NCBI GenBank assembly: GCA_030141605.1
Contig: JAQGDQ010000330.1
Location: forward strand, 200,979-264,978
Length of the DNA stretch: 64,000 bases
DNA from: Tubiluchus corallicola
Taxonomy: Eukaryota; Animalia; Priapulida
Reading direction: 5' to 3'
The position numbers and the translations under genes were made by a program. Shown here in pieces: positions 52,914 through 64,000 of this stretch. The stretch's first letter is position 1. Every line of letters begins with the position of its first letter. The notes under the pieces are model-generated. The model was not told the origin of the DNA. It did no database searches and saw nothing but the letters and a program-made list of their open reading frames with translations.

Positions 52914-53441
52914 CCAGAGCAGTTGTCGTATGCACCATCGACAACACTCAGGAGCATCATAACTAGTGCAGCATTGACCAAAAGTGACCAGATTGGTGCA
53001 GTCAGAAATGTTCTGGACAAAAAGTTGAGCATGTTTGTAGCTAAGAAAATTGAAAACATTTTGACAGACCAAACTAACATGAAAACAGAAAATGCAGACA
53101 ATACTGGGAACCGCGAAGATGCAGGAAACAGTATGCAAAACGTAAACTTGGATAAAGATGAGAATGATAATGACAACAATAATGGTAATTATAATAACAG
53201 AATGGGAAACATTCCTACTCCAAACTGTCAGGCGACCACTAAAAACAATGAACAGTCTAACCCTGACATGGCTTCATGTGATAAAGGCGGCATTAGCTAT
53301 TCTGGAAGAAATGTAGAGCTACTTTCTTCCGAGAAAAAAGGATCAGATATTCCACCTTATCAACTAGAGACAAGTCAGTGTTTCTCTGTACTTGCTGCAA
53401 GACAGAATACATTCCAGCTGACGCAATCTTCGGGAGAAACA
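52914..53441 (+). CDS. Zinc-finger protein, penultimate exon (Asn/Asp-rich, 5' boundary uncertain)
   Basis: Open frame in ORF 52893..53477; donor GAAACA|gtaagg phase 0 matches the next exon; frame closed by TAA at 52890, so the start is either acceptor ctcag|52914 or an internal ATG. Confidence 0.5.
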
Positions 53442-53903
53442 GTAAGGTCAATTTTAGCATGTATCACAGTTATATAAAAAGTGAACAACGTTGTTTTATA
53501 ATTGTTTATTTACAAAAGTTTACATTAACATATAATGATGAACTTGACAAAAACGCACCCGATGGCACGAATATCAGTCTTTAATTCTGCTTCCAACAAG
53601 AAATTTTGCAAGATGAACCTAGATGACCAATTGGTCTTTCGCTGCCCTTTCTTCACAAAATGTTTTTTCAAATTATTATTTGTATTATACCTCTGCTGCG
53701 TATTGCAAGATAACTAGAAGATTATGTTATTATGTTATAGTAGTGAATTTGTTTCTGATTGTCGCTATGAACAGGTCAATAAAATAAATTATCTACACCA
53801 CTGGGTCGTGCCTGTGACTAATAAGAAATACTTGAGCATGTACTAGTCAAGATTTGACAAACTCGATTATAATAATGTTCTTTCTCCCATTTTTCCTATT
53901 TAG

Positions 53904-54218
53904 ATTTCTACTTGCACTCAACCACAATTGAGGCCCTCGTTCATTCATCAGACTCAGCTGTGCCGTTGCTGTGGCAAGATTTACTCTGATGGTGACTTCT
54001 ACGCCATTGAACCGGAAGATCTCTGCGAATGTCAGTATCAGTTTTTCTGTAAGCTTTGCCAAACGCGTTACAAACGAGTGGTTGAGCTACGGCAGCATCT
54101 TGTAGATCGGCACACGTTTCGTAGATGCTTATGCGGCGCTCCATTTGCAAATGCACCGTTGATGGAGTCGCATCGGCAGTGCGGTATGTGCCCCGCGGAA
54201 ATCATTCCTGTCTACTAA
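53904..54218 (+). CDS. Zinc-finger protein, terminal exon (C2H2 finger plus Cys-rich motifs)
   Basis: Acceptor tttttcctatttag|ATT; FFCKLCQTRYKRVVELRQHLVDRH is a C2H2 finger; followed by CLC...F...M..H...C; AATAAA at ~54390. Confidence 0.7.
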   Translation: MSTCTQPQLRPSFIHQTQLCRCCGKIYSDGDFYAIEPEDLCECQYQFFCKLCQTRYKRVVELRQHLVDRHTFRRCLCGAPFANAPLMESHRQCGMCPAEIIPVY

Positions 54219-54479
54219 ACTGGATGGCTAGTTACGCTGATTGTTTCTCAAGGTTTGGGGCGTCTATCCACCAACCAGTTGTAAACAAGAAACCAATTCG
54301 CAGAGCACAGTTTTGTTTTGTTTTCTTTTTTCAAACCAGTCATACTGAAGGCTGAACAGTGATTATTTCGAGTTCAAAATCTCTCTAGCAAATAAACAAG
54401 TGACGGACAGAGAAACAAAGATGTTGACAATTGGAGTATGTAAGCAAGCACACAAGCAGATAGCAAATCAGATGGCATG

Positions 54480-54832
54480 ATGGATGAATGGATGGATAGA
54501 CAGACGGGTGAGGGTTTGGATGGGTGCTTGGTTAGGTGTGTGGGTGGATGGATGGATTGATGGATGGATGGATGGCTGGCTGGCTGGTTGGCTGGCTGGC
54601 TGGCCGGCTGGATGGATGGATGGATGGATGGATGGATGGATGGATGGATGGATGGATGGATGGATGGATGGATGGATGGATGGATTGGTGGGACGGATGG
54701 ATGGATGGATTATTGGTTGGTTGGTTGATTGGATGGATAGATGGATGGATGGATGGATGGATGGATGGATGGATGGATGGATGGAGGGAGGGAGGGAGGG
54801 ATGGATGGATGGATGGATGAATTGGTGGATGG
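54480..54832. repeat. (GGAT)n microsatellite
   Basis: Direct reading. Confidence 0.95.
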
Positions 54833-55269
54833 ATTACAACTCTCTTGTTTTGTAACTGTGAATTAAGGCAGTGAGCAAGTTTTTTATGTCATTTTTGCAC
54901 AACATTCCAAACAAGTAATAAGCACAAATTCTTGCGTGAAAGATGTATTGTTTTCCCACTTTATAACTTGTGATACATGCAGTTGCCTTGAAAATTAGAA
55001 AAACAGTTCGTTTTGTAATGTAACATACATTTATTTCATTTGTGTCATCAGTATTAAAACAGGGTGCTATTTTGTTACACTGATACAATTGTCTTTAAAA
55101 AATGGCCTTTTTAAAAAATCACTTTTGTTGGGCAGCGGATGTTATGAACAGTTTACTATAGATGAATGTTTACCTAGTACTGTATGAATAGGTACTGTAG
55201 GTACTGCGGGATGGGAAAGCCACACACCTGTCCTTCAACAAGTGCAAAAGTTGGAAACTAGGTTGTCGT

Positions 55270-55755
55270 CCTAGTTTTATTTCGACGGCTTCAGTCGACA
55301 CGTTTTCTAGCTATGAAGTAAAGACGTTTTCTCTGTACGTGTTACCTGCGGACTATGTAATTTGCTGCAGTTTGGCATTTAGCATTTTTATAACTGTGAT
55401 TACGGTTAAAGGACAGCAACGTTTTCGAGCAGTCCAGATATGTTGTGATACATTTTGTGCACTGTCGGAATTTACAGCCAAATGGATACTTGGGACAGTT
55501 TGCTTAAGCCGTTATGGGGTTACTACTGTTCATGTGGAAGGTTGGACTGAATATCACCGCATAAATTTACCTGACGCCAGCCTCTGAGAAAGCTAAACCA
55601 TTCTCGATTTTGCCTCATCTACCTCATCTACTGGACAGTGCAGGTCTTCGTTTACAGTGACTTCACCAATGACTTATGTGGCATGCCAAGATTTGAATGG
55701 ACAGTGAACCATCTCAGCGTGGACAGGTTTTTCGGTGCACCTCCCAGGGAAAGGG
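55270..55755 (+). pseudogene. Possible degenerate 5' exon of the DEG/ENaC pseudogene
   Basis: Hydrophobic stretch followed by FRAVQIC, resembling the FPAVTIC motif; stops and frameshifts present; donor-like AAGG|gtaatt at ~55755. Confidence 0.3.
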
Positions 55756-56529
55756 TAATTAGTGTGTACCTAGTGTATTAGAATCTTGATTTGTTTATCT
55801 TTAGTTGGGTTTTGCCTCGTATTTCTTTTTCCTCCATGTCTGGTAAACAACATTATGTCTAAGAAGTTTTGCAACAATTTGAAGGTTTGTTGTTTAAAGT
55901 ATAATGTGATTTAGGTATGCTTTATCTGAAAAACAGCTACGCTCTAGTGATTAAGTATAATCTTGTTGTCTGAGAGACTGCCTTTGAAAGTACTTTTAAT
56001 TTTAAACCAAAAGGGAGTGCAGCACTCTGATTGATTTTGAAAATTATCTTTTGATCATCACAAATTTGTTCATTAAATTTTGATCGTTTTTTATACACAA
56101 AAATATGTATCTTGGAGTGCGCCTTTTTGTGAACGTTTAAGAAGTATTTAAATAGTAAAAATATCATGAATAGTTCACACTTTGTTAGCTAAACACAATA
56201 ACAGCAACTCAAGACCGACACTTAAGATCCCACTCGTGATTCGAACCCACATCTTTTGTCTCAAGGTACGCCCAGTAGAGGTACCTAGGAGAAATTGATT
56301 CAGTTTCTAAACGACTTAACATCTGTGTACTACTACCTCACCGCTCGGAGTACAAGTTTGGGAATTGTTGAAGTAAATCTGGTTTAAATAAAGAACAGAG
56401 AACCAACAAGTAAAGCCCGGCGTCACAGCGGATTTAAATCTAATGTACGAATTTTAAATTACATTTGATGTGATAGAAATAATGACAATGTCTTTTGTTT
56501 GACTATAGTTTATTTTTCAATATATATGT

Positions 56530-56785
56530 AGTTTACCAGTCCGTCTTAGATTATTAATGCTAACAACTTACGTTCTTTTTTATTTAAACTACCTACATTT
56601 GATTTTAATCCTTTTCGTAAATTTAATAAAAATTACTAATTAATGTGAGCCACCGTAAGTGCGTTCTTGTCTGGTGGCTTTCTCCCTTCCTAAAACATTA
56701 GCTAATCATATTTATTTGTAAGATTTTATTGTATATGTACAATTGTATATTTTAGATTGAATAAATCTAATCTAATCTAATCTAA
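56530..56785 (+). mobile_element. Second copy of the CR1-like LINE 3' end
   Basis: Closely matches 39373-39605 and ends AATAA(ATCTA)n. Confidence 0.8.
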
Positions 56786-57229
56786 AAGGTGCATCCGGGT
56801 GGCGAGTTGAAGATGAGTCAAGTTTATTTACATGCTAAATCTTATCGCACTCTTGAACCTGTAGGACAGCACTAAAATTACCATCCTCTGTAAGAGGGAA
56901 CGCAGATACAAGTATAACTAGTACAATGTTGAACAGTAACCAAGCTATTCATTGCAATAGGAAAACGGTCTACTGCGGTGCCATTGCTAACCATAAACAT
57001 AGGTTCAACACAGTTAGTTTGCATTTCAGAAGACAATGGAAATTATTTAAAACATTTAATTTTTTAATAAGGCTATCACGAGAGGTAGCAAGTAGTACTC
57101 TATCATCTGTCACCATTAGACTGTGCCAGTTACCCGAAAAACCATCATCAGGCAGCTCTTCAACATACGAATCAGAGGATTAATAAACAGTACGAACAAA
57201 AAACAACTGGGTGGAGATCCCTGAACTAA

Positions 57230-58072
57230 CACCTCATGTATACATTAGTATCAACTGTTTCACTACCAACCACACACTGTAGCAGTAGGGTGACATAAGG
57301 TGAAATTGACAAAGGAACGAAAAAGATTGCGAAGGAGCAGTCCAAGACCAGAAAAGTAGACACTAAAATTGCTGGAAATGTAGTTAGTGCCATGTCATCA
57401 GATGATAATTCGAATGATGAACAGATGTCTATACACAATTCCAGTGAATATGAAGAGGAAGAGTTTAAAACACTTCCATACTTATTTGCAAAAGAACCAG
57501 AAGTTGACAACTTTGTTCTCATCAAGCTTAAGCCGGTTAATTAAAAAAATGAGTCAGATCTATTTTATGTAGCGAAGGCCTTGGCTATCTATAATGACAA
57601 TGATCAACCATCAGACGAGCAGGAATACGAGGTGGAATACTACAGACAGTATAGGAAGATGACAGGACGTTTCGTTAAACCTGACGTTGATGACCATGGA
57701 AGGGTTGGTGTGCAAGATATTATCATGTGTCTACAAAAACCTACGCCTACTGGAGGAACAAAACGTGTTCAGTCTATGCTACAATTTTGTGTCGATATTT
57801 TAAATTACAACTGCCAATAGCCGTTTTTGATCATAGGTATAGCACGTAAAAACATGTCTCAAGCACAGATAGCAGCAGTTGAATATGTGTACAAACCTCG
57901 ATGAGAAACACGTTTATTTCGTTTGAACTGATAGCTTCATCCCATTATATACACACGTAACTTTGTACACTAATTGCGTTTACTTTCTAGTTTTAATTAC
58001 ATTGTACTTTTGGATAAAAGTGTCCCTTGTGGTGGATCAAACTACCCTACCTCGGCGCACTTTGAACCAAAT
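57230..58072 (+). mobile_element. Probable DNA transposon remnant (pogo-like transposase C-terminus)
   Basis: Basic then acidic low-complexity segment followed by VDNFVLIKL...YF...YEVEY...FVKPDVDD...DII..L.KP in broken frames; family assignment from recollection only. Confidence 0.45.
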
Positions 58073-58099
58073 TAGATATTTTTTTGAAAATCTGTATTT

Positions 58100-58930
58100 C
58101 TCACAAGTTCGTACACCATCCTTCCTGGGCCACGAGAATTGTTGCACAGGTACCCAGTGATTCTTACTGCACATATCACACGTCCCCACTCCATATCGCT
58201 TCTAATCTATGGCTCAAAATTCCAAAACCTGTTCAAAGTGCCCCACTCTCCTATAGCATGCATAGCCTGAATTGTCCTGACCATTTTAGCGCCACAACCA
58301 AACCTGACAAGTTCAGACAATAATTTTCCCCTGGGCACTCTATCATAAGCAATAGAGAAATCAATGAAAGGAATATAATATAAAGTCAATTGGCAAAAGC
58401 TTGATTCCAGGTGAGAGTCCATCACATCCAGCAGCTTTTCCACCACTCAGTGGCTTCGTTAACCTCTTGCAACAAAATGTCCTTGTCCTCTACAGGAATG
58501 AATGGGCACTGACTAACACCAATCTCAGCAGGCTCCTGGTTGCTTATGTACAAAAGAGATCTAAAATGAACCATGAAAGCAATGTCTGAAGGCATTTTGT
58601 CGGCAGTGTGCAATGCATTATAGCAAAATTCACCAAAGTTCATAGCTCTCCAAAGTTGCAGGAGAGAACTCTACCTGTTACAAGCCAAACTCTCTGATCG
58701 GCAGCTGCACCAACTCTTCTTCCAGATCGATTATCGCAAGCAGTCCAGTAGATGACATCGGTGATGGTTGAACACCAGGAATTAACACCATCATGCCGAC
58801 CCACAGGGACCAGTCCGCCACATGCAGCAGATGATGACAAAGACTCTGTGAAACGCTCGACATTTAAGTTTGTGACTTTTATAGGCTTAACACGTGCAAC
58901 ATTACCGTTGGGTGATACCACACGACAATC
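58100..58930 (-). mobile_element. Decayed LINE RT fragment
   Basis: FIDFSIAYDRVPRGKLLSELVRFGCGAKMVRTIQAM matches the RT F.D...A[FY]D.V motif; broken frames. Confidence 0.7.
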
Positions 58931-59114
58931 ATTACCGTAGTGTTTTTTATTAAATGTAGAAAATTGCCATTTTTCCTATTATTTCTATCACGTTAGTATG
59001 TTGCATGGCGGACCTCATGTCCTACACTTATCTTAGTAAGCTGCTTAGTACGCTTAGTAAGTAATGTTTTTGTTTTCGCCATTAAATCAACTGTGTGTGA
59101 TTGCATATTTATTG

Positions 59115-59270
<156 letters not shown>

Positions 59271-59589
59271 GTCGTCGTCGTCATTACCAATTTAAAAAAA
59301 CGAATATTTTCTACTGCAATACAGAACTCCAAACAACGCAGCAAAAAATGTTATAAATCATGCTATGTGAAATATCGCATGACAGAATTGTTAGAACACG
59401 GTGTTTAATTATGCACAACGCAATTATGATTGTCTTTATTACATTTCTGCGTAGCTATTACAACGACAGTTACCAAGGAAATATTCCCCCAGGTAGGATT
59501 ACTCACTGACAAAGAGGGAGACTTTTTTTTATTCCGTGGTGATGCATCAAAACTCACGTGTTCGGCAATTTGCATCTATGCTGAGCAAA

Positions 59590-60594
59590 GGAGGAGCAGT
59601 CGATGAAGCTTTAGTATCGGCATCTGATCACAACTTTCCTGTATTTTATAACACTTCAAACTTTTCTGCAATGTTGAGCTTGTAGAGAACGATAAAATAC
59701 CTTGTGCGTTTTACGTGACAAGCGTAAGTTCGTCTAGTAGCACACGAGCAGGATTTTGCATTGAAGCAGAGCTTGACTTGCCACGAAATTCTAATGAGAG
59801 AGAATGGTACGTGTATTCATTAAACAAGGGCACAACACTTGGGTTACGCATAAAAATGAAAACAAGCGTTCTTGATAGTTTATCGTTAAACTGGAATGGC
59901 AATGTACACGGATCAATGCATCCAAAAAACCGCAAATCCCAAGAGTTTTGGCAAATAAAACCAATTTCCTTCACCCGATTTGAAGTTCAGAACTACTCGC
60001 TAAGTCGCATTTCGTCTAGTCGCCTAGGACGAAGGCTGCCCACCAAGTTGCCGCCAGATCATTTTCAGTGTAACGAGCACTACTGTAGAAGATGGTTTCA
60101 CCTTTGACCCCCAAAAACTGTGATAAGCAACAATGTCAGGATACATCGCAGAGGAGGTCGTTTTCAAAAACAGATCAGAATCAGAAGTAATTTCGGTACT
60201 TGAACAGCTGCTAGCCTGCAACTGGTGTACAACTATATATGACGTGTGGAATGAGCATTCACATGGAAATAGACCACCGACAGACCTGGTGGGTGGTTTG
60301 CCACTGGATGATTCCATATTAAATCATACATCATACAAAGACTTTCTGCAGCTTTTAGATTCATCAGACTGGACATATGTAGAAGTTTTCTTAAAATACA
60401 TTTGTTATACTGAAGTCACAGAAGCTTGTGCTTACGAGTTTATAGACCTCGCTGCTGACGTTGGAGGGCTTATGGGTCTCTACCTTGGTTTGTCTATAAT
60501 ATCACTTGCAGAAGTTCTGGAATTTCTAGGAGGTTTATATGCAACTGTATGCTGTAAATTTTCAAAGAAAAATCACGTTGTTCCAATGAATTAA
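59590..60594 (+). pseudogene. DEG/ENaC (ASIC-like) sodium channel, frameshifted
   Basis: VEVFL...YTEVTE..AYEFIDLAADVGGLMGLYLGLSIISLAEVLE is the DEG/ENaC pre-TM2/TM2 signature; upstream ectodomain motifs (GFC, GTTLGLRIKM, KPISFTRFEV) lie in another frame, with stops at ~59649, 60105 and 60121. Confidence 0.75.
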
Positions 60595-63500
60595 TATTTA
60601 ATAACCATAAAGAATGCTCGGCTACTGCACCACATCAAGTGCTGCTGCTTTTCTTTTACCCTACAGAGCTACAGATTGCAAGAGTAACAGCATGACAAAA
60701 ATATATCTCCATGTAAATGTTTATGTAAATAAGCAGCGCCTGATGCTAGGCAGTTGCCTTACTTGCCTATAAGGCGCTAAATTGTGCAAGCAGTTCTTTA
60801 ATTTTAAAGATTTAGCATAAGTAATAGCATGATGTATGTGTACGTGCTTTAATGCACACACTTTAATTAAATAAAACGAACCACTGTATCATTTTCCTGT
60901 GAAATGTATGATTTTTCGACGCTGGCAAGAGTCTACCTGTAGCAAAACACTTTCTATTTTTACTTTATCTGGTTTACTATGATTACGTCAATGTACTCAG
61001 GCACAATTGACGCGTTTTTCTGTTCTTCCCGGCAAGACTATAAGTATAGAACAGCAGAGCTAAGAAAGTGAGTATAGCAATGATCTTTCCGTTAATAAAA
61101 ATGTTTCTTACAATAGCATTTATCTAATTATGGCAGGCAGGAGCGGATTAACCATTAGGCTAATAAGGCTATATTCTTAGGCCCAAAATTTTGATAGGCC
61201 CACGCTGCCCTAAGACTGTTGACCAATCAAAGTGAGATACTGTCATTTAGCAAACAGGATAAGAAATGTATTAAAACTGAACTTGCTAAAAGAAAAAAGA
61301 CAATTATATTATGTTCAGCAGTTTCAACACTTTGAATACATGTAACAACTTGAAATTTTTCATCCTGATAAAAAGGCCGGTGGAAAGTCTAACCAAAAAT
61401 AGCAGAAATTTAATCGCTGCTGAAAAGTCAGGATGTACTTTGGGGTCACAGGCCTAAATTCAACTTCAACTTCAATCAACACAAGCTACTGGTAGGTAAT
61501 AAACTATACTTAATTAGTACACTACAGTACATGTATACATGCGAAATGCTATTTATTTTCGACCCCCCCCCTACATTGTGATGGTTTCAACCAATGAATG
61601 CCAGGTATAAAACCGCCGCTATGGAATGGCTTCGTTGATTCAGCAGGTAAACGAACAGGTGTTCTTACAATCACGACACCTGTTCCGTAGACACAACCAG
61701 CACGAAGTACACAGGATAAGTTTACTGGCAAGTTTACTACTACAAATCTTTGCTTAAGTTTAGAAAGTTTACATCATCCTGGTAATGAACCGGACTAGTT
61801 GGCCTCCGAAATATGAGGGAACAAGCCGACCAGTAAAGCTACCAATCAGACCCCTGGCTGGGAGGGGGAGAGGGGGGAGGAAGGGAGGAGAGAGACATAT
61901 GGGGAAGACTAAATGAGAGATAACGTGTGAACATTGAAATATACCTGTCAGTTCTGAACTTTCTCTCTCACATCAAATCTGCAGTTTGTGAACAACATAA
62001 ACAGCAACGGTGACAAGAAAAGTTGCAGCAGCAACAGCAGTAGCAGCGGTTAAAACGATAACGTAGATAGAAGTGGCGATGGCGATGGCGAGGACAACGA
62101 GAACGACATCAACAACAACAGTAAAAAGCTGCTTACTGCTGTAGGTGGAGAATTTTATAGAAACACACGACCTTTCCGGCTTTCCCAGACCTTTCCCATG
62201 ACCCATGACTAATCAATAATCTTGAAACTAAACCTTGAAATTAAATTAAATTAACTGTAGTGTGGTGAATAAATTTATAAATCAATGATTTTCGATATTT
62301 TGGTATGAAATCGCATGCCTCCCTGATTTCATGAATAAATTTACAAATGGTGCAAGAACTCACTCAGCTGGCAAGCCCGAATTTAATGAGCTGTGAAAGC
62401 GTAGGATAGGTTCCATGCGAAGTAGTAAGATTTATCGTTTACTTAAGGACACCAGGATGCTCAGAATAATTAGCTAATATTAGGTTGAGACGTATGTACC
62501 GTTTATTATAGCTATATGCACAAGTTACTCGTAATTAACGAAAACTCTGCGAGGTCACTGTTTTTTGATGAAAGGAGGACTAATGGTCTGTACGGACCAA
62601 GATTAACGGAAAACATTAGGTATTAAAACGGAAGGTGATAGTAGTTGGATGTGTTTCAATCACATAACATCGCACAGAGGCAGAGTGCTAAATTATTTTG
62701 CCAAATTGCCTGTTATTACTTGATGCATGAGTGAGTTGAGCACTGCAGTATGAGAAATTTAGACCTTGCAAAATCAATAGATCATATCAGTGAAAACAAT
62801 CAAGAACTCTTGCAAAAATGTTTCAGAGCTTTTTCTTTCAGATCGACTTTGTTAAAAATTTGCTTGCTCAGTATATTACTCGAAGCACTACATTTTTTGG
62901 CTGAAGAAATCTCGATAAAGGACTTAAAAATCATTAAACCTGTAGGCACCATCAACATTCTATTGGTTGCCTATAGGTGCTGAGTAGGTTGAATGTAGGT
63001 ACGCTTTCATAATTTTTCTCCTACAGATGAATTAGCCTCAGAGTTAACGTACAGTTAATTCAGCCATTTTTATTCATTTTTAAAAACGTGAAGTTTGTTG
63101 AACTCGAGCGTAATGCTCCAATGTTTTCTAAATTTCACTAGAAAGTGTGGACAGAAGGTCTAAAAAGCCAAACCACAAATGGTAAATTAATTATCATTCG
63201 TCATTGCTCAAGAATCGTCAAAGCAAAACCAATTTTGGTAGACTATTGGAAAGATCATAGGGGGGCAGCATGTGTAATTAGCGAAAATTAGAGAAAGTCG
63301 GTAAGAGCATGTGGCGGATTCATGAATCAGAATTTGTGTGAACAAAAAATTATGTTAAAAATTCGTGCCGCAACCGTAAAAACTACCAGTTCATTTGAGA
63401 TGAGACACTGAACCACCAGTGGTACCTTAGCCATGATCAGATGCGTATAATATATCTCCAGCAAAAACAAAGTAACAGGTATGGCAGATGAAACCACTTA

Positions 63501-64000
63501 GCTGCACCCACCAATCCACTAACAGTCCAGTGCAGCTTAACTTCGTAGCCAAGCAAAGCAAGTGATTACTCAGTTATATTCTCCTCTCCGAAAAATGGAC
63601 ATGCAGGTCTAATAAAATACTTACTTTGCGTTCTTTTAAAGTTGATACTGAGGCAAACAATGACGCCCACTTCAATAGGCATCCTGCAAGACCAACGCAA
63701 ACAAATTATTATTAACAGATCATTGTTTAATTCTTTTTTTGATTTTCCTTCGGAAATACAGTGTGGCACATTTTCATGGCATAACATTTAGAAAGTTTTA
63801 AAAACACATTTTTTGTTTTTTGTCCTAAAATGTCAAAATCTTATCAAACGTTTTCTGGCGAAAACAACAGGGCGCCAGGTTTGCAAAAAAATGGATTTAC
63901 CATCTGTTATGGCGTTCAGATCTTTGTGGTTTTTTATCATAAGTCATTTGATTGGATGTCTGATGTTCTCCTATTATTAATCCAATCAATACGTCATGAG

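Noticed and set aside
56230-56350. tRNA gene on the minus strand
   Set aside because: A B-box (GGTTCGAATC) and weak A-box are present, but spacing is too long and no cloverleaf is evident; at best a SINE remnant.

Overview
AT-rich, microsatellite-dense, intron-containing animal (probably invertebrate) genomic DNA; no prokaryotic features, rRNA or CRISPR. Manual splicing with phase-consistent GT-AG junctions gives three minus-strand genes. (1) A 5-exon secreted single-VWA-domain protein of 261 aa (10373-21855), whose intron 2 holds 26 tandem 86-bp copies of its own exon-3 splice acceptor. (2) A 4-exon claudin/PMP22-superfamily tetraspan protein of 331 aa (38537-43416). (3) A secreted cholinesterase-like protein of 564 aa (46222-48452) that has lost its catalytic Ser and His. 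The plus strand carries a tandem cluster of three paralogues with uninterrupted CDS (signal peptide-LRR-LRRCT-EGFx3/4-TM-acidic tail; 25863-35948), a partial C2H2 zinc-finger gene and a frameshifted DEG/ENaC channel pseudogene. Also present: an orphan signal-peptide first exon (3781-3847), LINE fragments (RTE, RTEX-like, CR1-like), several MITEs, a 945-bp foldback palindrome and several young minisatellites. All family assignments come from motif recognition, not database searches.
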